Shown here: piece by piece, positions 27,507 through 37,109 of the stretch | Numbering within the stretch: the stretch's first letter is position 1 | Layout: each line of letters begins with the position of its first letter | Source: a virus | Length of the DNA: 64,000 nucleotides | IMG/VR virus record: IMGVR_UViG_3300017963_007659 | Coordinates: 1-64,000 of that record | Strand: one strand, 5' to 3' | Position numbers and translations under genes: made by a program | Notes under the pieces: model-generated | Database searches by the model: none | What the model was told of the DNA's origin: nothing | The model's input: only the letters and a program-made list of their open reading frames with translations

Positions 27507-28193
27507 ATGTCTTCAGGTATGCTTGGTCCCTTCGAGAGATACGCTACAAGAAACGTGATGCACATCTCCGACTCGATTGCTCCAGATGTCTTCGCCAAGA
27601 TCTACGAGCGCATCGGGGAAGACCCCTCCGGCCTCTGGCACCAGGTGTTGGGGAAGGGTTCGACGGCTGTAGCGACGTGGCTCAAGAGCGACAAGACGAA
27701 AGTCCTCAAGATTACAAATGATGAGTCCGACGCCTACGCCATGGAGAAATTCTTGAAGCGCCCGAGTCGTCATGTGGTCAAAGTGTACGACGTCTTCCAG
27801 ATTACGCCTTTCGCTTGGGGCATGGTGGTACAAAAAGTCACACCTTTGGCGTCGAGTGCCTACAAGGATTGGACGAGGACGCGCTCCCTGATCAGTAAGT
27901 TTGTCGGTGTCCCTCCTCTTGGAAATGGAGCCGTCCCTATCTATCAGAAAGATCTTGAAAAGCGATTTGAATACCCAAGCAAGTCTCAGATGGAGCCCTT
28001 GGAGAAGATGAGAGCATTCTTGAAGCAGCTCGCTCTCTTTGACGAGGCTCTAGCAGATCGTGGGATTACATGGTTTCAAGATCTCCATGCTGGCAATGTA
28101 GGCATGAACCGTCGGGACATGGTTCTCTTGGACCTTGGGGGTGTGCGCACTTCTGTTCCTAGTCTCCCGAAGATAGAGGTAGAGGCAGCATGA
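27507..28193 (+). CDS. minimal protein-kinase-fold protein K17
   Basis: LGKGSTAVATW / VLKIT / FQDLHAGNVG / LLDLG. Confidence 0.85.
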   Translation: MSSGMLGPFERYATRNVMHISDSIAPDVFAKIYERIGEDPSGLWHQVLGKGSTAVATWLKSDKTKVLKITNDESDAYAMEKFLKRPSRHVVKVYDVFQITPFAWGMVVQKVTPLASSAYKDWTRTRSLISKFVGVPPLGNGAVPIYQKDLEKRFEYPSKSQMEPLEKMRAFLKQLALFDEALADRGITWFQDLHAGNVGMNRRDMVLLDLGGVRTSVPSLPKIEVEAA

Positions 28194-28933
28194 CGACCGT
28201 TGACCCTCAATTGAAACAAGGTCCTGGCCAACAACTCTATTGGCACATCTACTTGCGTGACGGGAGTGCCCCTCAAGAAGATCAACAGGCGATGGCGTTG
28301 GATATCCTACACGCTCTCTACCGTCGCATCGGGGAAGATGTCAACACAGCCGACCTTCCTCTACTTGGGCACGGAGCAGACGCAGCTATCTACTGGATGA
28401 AGAAAGACAGGAAAAAGGTCCTCAAAATCACGCGTAATGCTCCGGATGCTTGGGCGTTGGAGCTGTTTCGTCGGAAGCCTTCCAAGGATGTCGTCAAGGT
28501 GTATGATGTCTTTCAGATCTTCCCGAAGGAGAAAAGGAATACTCTCTACGGGATCGTAGAACAGAAGCTCACACCTCTCCACAATGTCGTGGACTTCGCG
28601 GCGAGCTACGATTACGTCAAAGACTACGGTGTTCGCTGGTTGGGTGAAGACACGAACTATGGTGATATCGTACAGCTTCTTGAAGAGGACCGTGCCTTCT
28701 ATGAGAAGGAAGGGAACAAAAAGGAAGCAGACTTCATCGAAAAGACTGTTCTCCCGTTTGCTCATCAGATGGAGAGGTGGAACGACGCTCTCCACAAGAG
28801 AGGCATTGTCTTCAAGGATTTGCACGAAGGCAACGTCATGATGAACCGACATCAGATGGTACTGATGGACCTTGGTAGATCTAAAGTTCAAAGTATGAAG
28901 CTTCCTCTCCTTGACGTACCGAGGAGCACGTAA
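28190..28933 (+). CDS. minimal protein-kinase-fold protein K18
   Basis: LGHGADAAIYW / VLKIT / FKDLHEGNVM / LMDLG. Confidence 0.85.
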   Translation: MTTVDPQLKQGPGQQLYWHIYLRDGSAPQEDQQAMALDILHALYRRIGEDVNTADLPLLGHGADAAIYWMKKDRKKVLKITRNAPDAWALELFRRKPSKDVVKVYDVFQIFPKEKRNTLYGIVEQKLTPLHNVVDFAASYDYVKDYGVRWLGEDTNYGDIVQLLEEDRAFYEKEGNKKEADFIEKTVLPFAHQMERWNDALHKRGIVFKDLHEGNVMMNRHQMVLMDLGRSKVQSMKLPLLDVPRST

Positions 28934-28946
28934 AGGGAAGACATAC

Positions 28947-29288
28947 ATGACCCACACCCCACATGTCGCATATATCAAAGACGTTGAAGAATACCTCGCT
29001 GTCATAGAGGAGCGTCTACAAGAAGCGGTGAAGCGCGCGGTCTACGCCCATGACCAGCGAGCGGCGGACGATATCGCCCAAATGCAGGAGCTTGCTACGG
29101 ATCTCCATGTGCTCGTCTTCGCTTTCCTGACCAATCTCCGAACCCTACCCCCTGAGAAACCACCTATAGACCCGTCTCCTTTGGACCACACACCTGTTGG
29201 GTACCTGTGGCATGATATCCGTGATACGGAAGAGGAAATTGACGAAGAGGACGAGAATCGCATCACTTTGATTCCTGATGAGGAGTAA
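28947..29288 (+). CDS. hypothetical helical protein
   Basis: Start MTHTPH at 28947 within track ORF 28911..29288. Confidence 0.55.
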   Translation: MTHTPHVAYIKDVEEYLAVIEERLQEAVKRAVYAHDQRAADDIAQMQELATDLHVLVFAFLTNLRTLPPEKPPIDPSPLDHTPVGYLWHDIRDTEEEIDEEDENRITLIPDEE

Positions 29289-29293
29289 TCTCA

Positions 29294-29301
29294 GGTTACC
29301 T
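29294..29301 (+). promoter_or_regulatory. candidate late promoter element GGTTACCT
   Basis: 20 bp upstream of ATG 29321. Confidence 0.5.
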
Positions 29302-29320
29302 TAAGAATGTAGAGGTTTAC

Positions 29321-30502
29321 ATGAGCGATCAAGAACTTTGGAACACCCTCAAGAACGTCCAAAAGACTCTGAAGAAGTGGGAACACGTCAAGAGTCGTCT
29401 CCCCAAAGCCATCCGTGAAGACGCTGGAGAAGCCTTGTACACGGAGCTGGTGGAGGCAGCGGACAACCTCCAGTCTTGCATCGCGGATGCTCTCTCTCAC
29501 GAGATTCGAGCCGACGCCCAAGACGCACCTCCTTTTAATAGAGAGGAGCTGACGGAGAAGCTGCACACAACCGCGCACAAATTCATCCAGGCGAACCGCA
29601 TGGACTTCGCGAAAGAGATTCTGGAAGCTGAAGCGCAGCTCAAGGGATTCGATGTGGTTGGAACCCAGAGGGATAGCTTGGACACAGCAATCGATGCTCT
29701 TGTAGCGTATGCTTCGGGTCAAAAGACCGCAGCCACCGTCAAGCCATCGATGTGGAACAAGATCGTAGCTAAGATTCCTGGAGTCTGTCGCTTCAACAGC
29801 ATGAGTGTACATCGACTCCAAGAAGCCCTGAAGCGAGCTATCCAAATTCAAAAAGAGATCAAGGCTGCTGAAGCTGCTGGTGACAAATCTAAAGTCAGCC
29901 ACTTGGTCCGTGAGGCCATGGACTTGGCGTACCCAGAGACCGCTAAAGGGCTCGGAGCTGAAATCAACTGGAAGATGTACAAAAAGTCCTACGCGAAGTT
30001 CGTCAAAGCTGGAAAAGCTGTACTAGAGCTTCGTAAGCAAAACAAGAAAGTTGAAGGACTCAAAGCAGCTTGTGACTCCAAGGGAAAGAAGAAAAAGAAG
30101 GGTTGTACCTCCTGCTCAAACTCTATCACAACAGAGCAGGTCCAGGTTATGGCCAAGCTCGTCGAGTTGGGCGAAGAGCAAGCTGCCAAAGATCTCGGCA
30201 CGCAGCTCATAGCCCAGCAGCAATCACAAGACCTTCCCAACCCAGATACCTCCTCAGAGACCATCGACCACAAAACCGCTTTCGAGGCAGCCTTGGAAGA
30301 AGGCAAGAAGGTCGGTCAACGAAAAGAAGCCTCTGGGGTGCAGAAACTCAAGATGATGCTCGACGACGTCATCTATGGCAATCGCTTCCAACATGAGCTA
30401 TCCCGTTGGACGGACGCGAACTTCGATGAGAGCAAAGCACGGGAGCTTCAAGAAGCTCTCAGCGACTCCATTGAGAATCTTCTCTGGACCTACATGAGGT
30501 AG
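29321..30502 (+). CDS. multi-module helical protein with internal leader-like segments
   Basis: MAKLVELGEEQAAKDL leader variant; C-terminal domain duplicated in next gene. Confidence 0.65.
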   Translation: MSDQELWNTLKNVQKTLKKWEHVKSRLPKAIREDAGEALYTELVEAADNLQSCIADALSHEIRADAQDAPPFNREELTEKLHTTAHKFIQANRMDFAKEILEAEAQLKGFDVVGTQRDSLDTAIDALVAYASGQKTAATVKPSMWNKIVAKIPGVCRFNSMSVHRLQEALKRAIQIQKEIKAAEAAGDKSKVSHLVREAMDLAYPETAKGLGAEINWKMYKKSYAKFVKAGKAVLELRKQNKKVEGLKAACDSKGKKKKKGCTSCSNSITTEQVQVMAKLVELGEEQAAKDLGTQLIAQQQSQDLPNPDTSSETIDHKTAFEAALEEGKKVGQRKEASGVQKLKMMLDDVIYGNRFQHELSRWTDANFDESKARELQEALSDSIENLLWTYMR

Positions 30503-30909
30503 TTTAGTATCATACTAGACTAGATTAGAAGGAAGATAAAATGATCACTGATAAGCACATCGAAGCCCTCGCGAAGCTCGTAGACGCTGGCCAATCGGAA
30601 GCCGCCAAGAAGCTAGCTGAGAATCTGGTCGCTCTGAATGTGGAAACCCCGGCTGAAGCTCCTTGTGATTTCTCCCAGATGGGCGAGAAGCGAGCAGCGT
30701 TCGAGAGAGCGCTCCATGCAGGGAAAGAGAAAGAAGCCTCTGGGATTAACAATCTCAAGAGGATGCTAGAAGACGTCATCTACGGCAACCGATTCCAAAA
30801 AGAATTGTCTCGTTGGACCGATGAGAGTTTTGATGAGAGTAAGACGCATGAGCTTCAAGAAGCGCTCACTGACTCCATTGAGAACCTTCTCTGGACATAC
30901 ATGAGATAG
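30323..30909 (+). repeat. about 180-bp diverged direct repeat (30323-30502 and 30730-30909)
   Basis: Both copies encode KEASG...L.DVIYGNRFQ.ELSRWTD..FDESK..ELQEAL.DSIENLLWTYMR. Confidence 0.85.
30541..30909 (+). CDS. leader-family small protein, paralog of the 29321 C-terminus
   Basis: LAKLVDAGQSEAAKKL leader plus duplicated domain. Confidence 0.7.
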   Translation: MITDKHIEALAKLVDAGQSEAAKKLAENLVALNVETPAEAPCDFSQMGEKRAAFERALHAGKEKEASGINNLKRMLEDVIYGNRFQKELSRWTDESFDESKTHELQEALTDSIENLLWTYMR

Positions 30910-30935
30910 TTGACAACTACCCAAAGGATATCGAC

Positions 30936-32519
30936 ATGCCTGACGAAAAGACAGCGAAAGAGCGCACTTGGGTCACGAACGGCTACCTGGAGCTTCTCCC
31001 TGGTAGTGGCTTCTCCAGAGGTCACGCCAAAGCGCTCAAGAAGCATCTCATGCAGATGACCAAGGCTCCTCGCTATTGGCCTCTTCGTCATGGGAAGAAG
31101 TGGACGTGCACTGACGTCGCTATGTCGCGCAGAGCGATTCTTGTAGCTTTCGAGACCGACGCTCCTGCTGACTATGAGATTCTAGACGAGATCGAACAGG
31201 ACCTCATCGGAGATAACGGCTTCGAGGGTCTCATCGCCGACTTCTCACGAAGCACTCACGCTCCAAAGTCCATGGGAGAAGCTCTCTATGAGGTCGATCT
31301 CCTGGATGAAGACCGCGCTGATTCAGCGAAGCCGTTGAAACGCATTGGAGCGGATGTTTCGTGGAACGTGGGGATGGACGCCAAAGGAGCGAACGTCCAA
31401 CAAACTGAAGAGGGAAACATGTCCAAAGTTAGTTCCGACGAAATGGAAATCCTCAGCACTCTGATAGAGAGTGGTCAAAAAGACGCAGCGCGTCAACTTG
31501 CTCATGGTCTCGCTGAGCGTGGGGACACTATCGTCGCTGACGGTGATGAGGAAGAGGTCGCCGAGCCGGTTGAGGCTGAGGTCAAGGAAGCTGCTCTTGA
31601 TATACCCCCCTCTCTTCCTAGGGAGCTTCAAAAGGCGTCTCCTGCTCAGTTGAGAAAAGCAGTGGACTATCTTGCGAAGAAAGCCACACGTGAGCTTCGG
31701 AAGATGCAGGATATTGTCCAAAAACAAATCCCTACTGCCTTCAAGAAACAGGATGACGTCGCGCTGGGTAACCTCCAGATGATGGAGAGACTCCTTGCGG
31801 AAGCTGTTGACAAGAGAGAGTTTGGAGCGAGCACCAAAGAGGCTGGCTACAAGAAACAACGCCTCTCCCCAGCTGAAGCCAAGGTGATGAAGCGGACTCT
31901 TCGTGACCGACGTCGAGACCGAAAAAACCGGAAGCTCATCGACATGCAGCACAAAAAGCTGGGTCTTGAATTCGGGCAGACGGTCTACTTCCAGGATGAG
32001 CCCTACCTCATGTACGATCTGGATGCTGAGGCGTCGGCTCCTCGTGGGGTGCTGGCTGTTTTGGTAGCTCCTGACTTCTCTCATCTCGTGCGCTACGTCA
32101 AGATCCCTGCGATCTCGACGGAAGCTCCTGGTGGTGGATACGACCCGGAGACGGATGAGTATGCCCATTGGGCGTCCAGTGACGAGGACAACGTCGTGAA
32201 GATCGAAGGTCTTCTCAAAGAGGGGAAGGTCGACGAGGCTATCGAGCTGCTCTCCGCTGATGCTGAGCCCAAGGAAGCGACGTCCAAGACAGGAAGCTAC
32301 AAGAGTCTGAAACTCCATGGCGAGATTCACGACCTCCAGACACGCCTCCAGGACAGAATGTCAAAGGAGATTCTTCGTGTTCCCCTTCCGGATGAGACGG
32401 TCATCCTGGACTACCCAGACGGAAAGTTCGACAGGCAGATGAAAAAGGCGCTCGACCTCCTAAAGGCGCTCGAAAAAGCTTACGATGCCTACTCTCGGTA
32501 CAATCCAGACTACAAGTAG
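30936..32519 (+). CDS. charged multi-module protein with leader-like segments (possible head-associated)
   Basis: Internal LSTLIESGQKDAARQL and GLLKEGKVDEAIELL segments. Confidence 0.6.
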   Translation: MPDEKTAKERTWVTNGYLELLPGSGFSRGHAKALKKHLMQMTKAPRYWPLRHGKKWTCTDVAMSRRAILVAFETDAPADYEILDEIEQDLIGDNGFEGLIADFSRSTHAPKSMGEALYEVDLLDEDRADSAKPLKRIGADVSWNVGMDAKGANVQQTEEGNMSKVSSDEMEILSTLIESGQKDAARQLAHGLAERGDTIVADGDEEEVAEPVEAEVKEAALDIPPSLPRELQKASPAQLRKAVDYLAKKATRELRKMQDIVQKQIPTAFKKQDDVALGNLQMMERLLAEAVDKREFGASTKEAGYKKQRLSPAEAKVMKRTLRDRRRDRKNRKLIDMQHKKLGLEFGQTVYFQDEPYLMYDLDAEASAPRGVLAVLVAPDFSHLVRYVKIPAISTEAPGGGYDPETDEYAHWASSDEDNVVKIEGLLKEGKVDEAIELLSADAEPKEATSKTGSYKSLKLHGEIHDLQTRLQDRMSKEILRVPLPDETVILDYPDGKFDRQMKKALDLLKALEKAYDAYSRYNPDYK

Positions 32520-32552
32520 CTCTTCCTGATCCCTCCTCTCCGCACATCTTCA

Positions 32553-32560
32553 GGTTATCT
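32553..32560 (+). promoter_or_regulatory. candidate late promoter element GGTTATCT
   Basis: Follows a C/T-rich tract in the intergenic gap upstream of 32620. Confidence 0.5.
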
Positions 32561-32619
32561 CTCCCTAGGTGAGATATTCCGCCTAGTTAATCTGGTGTCA
32601 TGACCAAAGAGGCGTCTTA

Positions 32620-35600
32620 ATGACCATTAAAGCCTATTTTCAGTACCGTGAACAGGATGCCACCCGCTATTGGAACCTGACCAATGCGAACATTCGGCTC
32701 AAAGGTATTCTTGAGGGAACTGGTGTAGTTTCATCCGTAGCTGGCCAGCTTCGGGTAGAGATCGCCCCCTTCACCGTCCAAACCTTCGATGGGATGACTG
32801 TCGTCTCCGATGCGATTGAGACGTTGAACGTCACGGACGACGAAGTCTACTACATCGTCCTCTACGCCAAGTACCAGACCCTCGGTACGCCGACCTTGGT
32901 ACTTCAGGCAATCACTGCGGCGACCTACGCTGCACATCCTGAGAAAGACTACCTCGTCACCTTCGTTCGCTTGGACATTCCCCCGGCTGCGGTTCAGGTC
33001 AACCCAGCCGACTACGACGGGTCTGTTCGAGACGGTCTGTCTCCTCTTCGTCGTGCCTACTGGAAAGAGGCTGTAGCTGACTTCGCTTCGTTGCCTACCG
33101 ATGAGCAAGAGGTTCAGAACGGCGATATCCGGTTGACGCTGGATACCCACACAGCTTGGGTCTACAATTCTGGAACCACGACCTGGGATGCTCTCTCAGT
33201 CACGACGACTCTGGAAAATGTAGGTGGTCGTCAGGTGGAGTACTTCGCGGACTGGAACCGAGCGGCTAACGGTGACGGTATCGTTGGTGGTAACGATCGC
33301 TACGGAACCTTCAACACCGCGTTCACTACAGACCCCAAGCTCTCTATCCACGAGCACGCTGGCGTAGTGGACATGATTGGAATCGGTCAGATCCACGCAG
33401 CTATCAATGGACACCGTGTCGATACGATTCACACCGACTATACGATGACAACCGCACAGCCTGCTCCTGCTGCGCCTGACCGTTATGACTTGGTGTGGTT
33501 GGAGGTTTGGAGAGAGACCACGCTGAGCCCCGAGACTGAGGTGCATGAGACCTACGGTGGTGGCACAGCAGCGTTCTCTGTAGTCAGAGACGCCTTGGAA
33601 GACCTCAATATCAACTCCAATGAGGTTGCTGGAGCGAACTACGACGTAAACCAGATCACCACGACCGACGACAATCAGTTTGTAGTCACCAAGTGGCGCG
33701 TTTGGGATATGCCCAACGTCGATCCCTTGAACGTCAACCAGCCCCACTACCAGGTGGACTCTGGTGGTATCAAGCCACAGAACATCGACGGCAATAACTT
33801 CGAGCGTCCTCTCTATGGTGTCTACAAGGGCAATGTATGGCGAGCGCTCTCTCCGACAGCCTATGATGACTACTCTTGGGCGATCCCACTCTTGGTCATT
33901 CGACGTACTGAGTTCGAGACCATCGTCGGCAACAACGCTATCAAAATCATTCGCTCGAATGGTGAGCGCTACGTCTGGGAAGTCTACCCAACCGCTGAGG
34001 TAGACAACGGATCTCGCATCACGGGCATGAGTCATATCAATACCGAGACTCAAAAGAAAGAGGATACCCAGCAGCTCGGAGCGTCTGGTTGCCTCAATTA
34101 CCCAGACCTTCAATTGGGAGTGGATACCTTGACGGTTCCCCAAGGGTCTACATTCCACATCGATGGGTACACACACACTCTTCAATCGGACCTGACTATC
34201 ACTCTTCCGGATGCTCCTCTTCTCGCAACGAGGCACGACTTCGTTTATTTGGAGATGACAAGAGCCACGAACCCTGACGAAAGAGTACCCACTGAGACCA
34301 ATGATCTACTCTTCACAGGCTACGATATTTATCGCGGATTCGTCACATACAACTACCAGCTCAATCTTGCGGTCGTTGACGCAGGCGTGGACACTATTAT
34401 TGAAGATGCTATGGCAACGGCTGGATTTGCCAATATCAGCCCTGGTCTCTACCGAGACATCTCCACAACAGACGCGCGTAGTCCTATTGATTACGCCATT
34501 TGGGCCATTCCTGTAGCCATCGTTCACCGCTTGAACCAAGCTGGGTGGGACCGTGCGATACAACCGAATGGTGGTGCTGCGGGTACCCGTCCCGACAACC
34601 GAGACTGGCATGACATCGATGTCGATGATGTGTTGGACCTCCGTCACAAAGTAGTGCTCCCTGGAGAGGACCTGAAGGGTCTTCTGGACGAGTCGCAAGA
34701 GCGACTGTTGAGTGGGAAGCTGCGAACCCGTATGGTACAGCATCCTACATGGGCGAATAACTATGGTACGGGTCTGATGGAACAGACCAGCCTCTCGGTA
34801 GGCGGAACCGCTGGAACGAACAAACTTCCGGCTGACCCTGACACTCTACGCTACATCTGGTCAGATGCAGCCGAACAGGTGGTGTTTGGGGAGACATTCC
34901 CTGCGAATGCTCCTTATGCTGGAACGTATGTCACCTGGAATGGACCGGCCAACCCGGCTACCTTGACGATTGCAGCCCCTCCTGGAGCGTACATCGTCAT
35001 CGGGTCTGGAGACCTCAACCCCATTTTCGGCATTCAACGACATACTGCCTCACCGCAGAACGGCAACGGTCCTGGGATCAGTGACTCAGATAACGGAGAC
35101 AACTTCACCGTCATGTTCCCCAACATCGGTGACTTGCCGTGGACGCAGACGTCATTTGATGCAAACGGTAACGCCATTGCGTGTTCAATAACTACAAACT
35201 GGGTGTCAACAATCAACCCCGCTGATGCTGATGCTGTCATGCACGTCTACTACTGGATTTGCTATGACCGTTCGACGCAGCTCGACGGACAGGGCAATAT
35301 CTACAACGACTTGAACCAAGGCTTTCAGCACGTGCCCGACGAGGTCATTCTCGCGGAGAACTTTGCCGGGGGTAATGACCCAGCCATTGGTCCGCTAGCT
35401 CGGGAAATGACCTACGTGAACTACACAGGAGCTTCGCTGACCATCACAGCAGCTCAGATTACCGCAGCGTACCCTGAGTTCGCTGGACCACCGAAGATCT
35501 ATGGTGTGCCTGTAGTCCATACAGAGGGACGTTCTATTATGCACGCCAACGCGACAAATCCATCCAGTGAGATTTCTATCTCTCTCGACGACGCGTTTAC

Positions 35601-37098
35601 AGACATCACCATCACGCCAACAGTAGCTTGGGTCAATGAGAATATAAAAGTTCTCGTTATCTTTGACGACGTTGGCTATGAGGGGTGGTTCGACTTCCGC
35701 CAACACACCAAGAGCCTCATGGGACCATGCTTCTGGTCAGTGCAGGGACCATGGACTCCTGGAGCGGTGGAAAGTGGCGTTCTCATAGAGCTAGCTGCGG
35801 GGCAATACAGCCTTCCTATGGATGAAGTGATTAAGGAAGGTATGGTAGCAGGTGGTATCCAAGAAGATGCATGGGGCAATCCTGGACGTATGAACATCCA
35901 TGGGCTTGTCTACTGGAGAGCCGCTGGTTCTCCTCCAGGCACTCCTTGGGAGATGACCACATGGGCTGGAGACCCCTTTGAGCCCTTCATGCGCTTCGGA
36001 GCACTCAACTCCCATGTATTCACATTCATGTTCGAGACGGTACCCGCTGTACCTCTTGCCTATGAATTCATGTTCGTGATCCCGGTCACAAACCCTGCTG
36101 GACCAGCCGCCGATTACATCTTCACGACGAAGTATACGCCCTATCAAGGGAAAAACACCGCATCCTCCGCTGACATTGACGAAGACCTCCATGGAGTTTG
36201 CGTGGCTAGTGGAGACCCGGCTTGGACGACAAGAGGATCGAACGATCCCCGTATCCAAGCCCTCGACCAACCCACCGGTTACATTGACCGCACGGATATC
36301 GTCTCAAGTGACCCCAGCAGATGTCTGACAACACACCAACAGAACGATACCTACTGTCTCGTTCAAAGCTGGCGAGACGACTACAAGAATGAGAGGCATG
36401 TAGCAGGGAACGCCTCCGCGCGTCTTCCTCTAGTTGACCCCACGAACAACATCTTCGCCCTCTCCAGTCCGGAGTTTGGATTAGATTCCTCGCTTCGTTA
36501 TGAAATCCTTGTGATAGGTGGTTTTACCGAGCGCGAAGCGACGGACTTTGCGTCTTCGGGGTCTATGCCGTCAGCTTCTCCGTACACCCTTGGGACCATT
36601 GAGGAGCCAGTGATTGGGTCATTGCTGAAACCCGGCTCCATTATTCGTTGGCCTCTTGGTATGTCAGTTATCACGAAGTCCGCTCTTCGGGATGCTGGAA
36701 TAGTACAGGGACAGCGTGGATGGTCGATAGCTCACGAATATCTCCAGTCGACATTCCTACCTCCTGGATATTACTTCCCGACCTGTACGGCTTCATACCT
36801 GCCAGGAGGAAGTGGTCATAACTGGAATCTGCTTCTTCGGGAGCTTGGTGTCTCGTATCTGGAAGCGCCCGAATTCTTCAGCATGGGGACTTCCCTGACA
36901 CTCACGATAACGGCAGCAGCACTTGGCTACCACTGTGCCCTCATTTCTCCGGACCAGGACCCAGGGGTACTACGCATGCAGGTCACAACAGCACAGCTTC
37001 CTGCCACCGTCAGCGGTACGACGGTCAATGCTGTCGGAAACACGTTCGATGCATTCTTGCCACACCGCAATCTGATCTTGAGTTGGAATGCTGGGTAG
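32620..37098 (+). CDS. large virion structural protein (baseplate/tail-associated)
   Basis: 1492 aa; beta-rich, T/D/G/P-rich; internally repeated D.VxLE...T...E segment; structural context. Confidence 0.55.
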   Translation: MTIKAYFQYREQDATRYWNLTNANIRLKGILEGTGVVSSVAGQLRVEIAPFTVQTFDGMTVVSDAIETLNVTDDEVYYIVLYAKYQTLGTPTLVLQAITAATYAAHPEKDYLVTFVRLDIPPAAVQVNPADYDGSVRDGLSPLRRAYWKEAVADFASLPTDEQEVQNGDIRLTLDTHTAWVYNSGTTTWDALSVTTTLENVGGRQVEYFADWNRAANGDGIVGGNDRYGTFNTAFTTDPKLSIHEHAGVVDMIGIGQIHAAINGHRVDTIHTDYTMTTAQPAPAAPDRYDLVWLEVWRETTLSPETEVHETYGGGTAAFSVVRDALEDLNINSNEVAGANYDVNQITTTDDNQFVVTKWRVWDMPNVDPLNVNQPHYQVDSGGIKPQNIDGNNFERPLYGVYKGNVWRALSPTAYDDYSWAIPLLVIRRTEFETIVGNNAIKIIRSNGERYVWEVYPTAEVDNGSRITGMSHINTETQKKEDTQQLGASGCLNYPDLQLGVDTLTVPQGSTFHIDGYTHTLQSDLTITLPDAPLLATRHDFVYLEMTRATNPDERVPTETNDLLFTGYDIYRGFVTYNYQLNLAVVDAGVDTIIEDAMATAGFANISPGLYRDISTTDARSPIDYAIWAIPVAIVHRLNQAGWDRAIQPNGGAAGTRPDNRDWHDIDVDDVLDLRHKVVLPGEDLKGLLDESQERLLSGKLRTRMVQHPTWANNYGTGLMEQTSLSVGGTAGTNKLPADPDTLRYIWSDAAEQVVFGETFPANAPYAGTYVTWNGPANPATLTIAAPPGAYIVIGSGDLNPIFGIQRHTASPQNGNGPGISDSDNGDNFTVMFPNIGDLPWTQTSFDANGNAIACSITTNWVSTINPADADAVMHVYYWICYDRSTQLDGQGNIYNDLNQGFQHVPDEVILAENFAGGNDPAIGPLAREMTYVNYTGASLTITAAQITAAYPEFAGPPKIYGVPVVHTEGRSIMHANATNPSSEISISLDDAFTDITITPTVAWVNENIKVLVIFDDVGYEGWFDFRQHTKSLMGPCFWSVQGPWTPGAVESGVLIELAAGQYSLPMDEVIKEGMVAGGIQEDAWGNPGRMNIHGLVYWRAAGSPPGTPWEMTTWAGDPFEPFMRFGALNSHVFTFMFETVPAVPLAYEFMFVIPVTNPAGPAADYIFTTKYTPYQGKNTASSADIDEDLHGVCVASGDPAWTTRGSNDPRIQALDQPTGYIDRTDIVSSDPSRCLTTHQQNDTYCLVQSWRDDYKNERHVAGNASARLPLVDPTNNIFALSSPEFGLDSSLRYEILVIGGFTEREATDFASSGSMPSASPYTLGTIEEPVIGSLLKPGSIIRWPLGMSVITKSALRDAGIVQGQRGWSIAHEYLQSTFLPPGYYFPTCTASYLPGGSGHNWNLLLRELGVSYLEAPEFFSMGTSLTLTITAAALGYHCALISPDQDPGVLRMQVTTAQLPATVSGTTVNAVGNTFDAFLPHRNLILSWNAG

Positions 37099-37109
37099 GA
37101 GGTAACTTT

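Noticed and set aside
2137-28933. Kinase array as a diversity-generating retroelement target
   Set aside because: No reverse transcriptase and no near-identical template/variable repeat pair differing at adenines was seen
31323-32330. Long minus-strand ORFs (also 25857-26846, 33196-34236, 29291-29902, 60105-60773 and many shorter)
   Set aside because: Overlap well-supported + strand genes; no RBS or recognisable motifs; expected from codon bias
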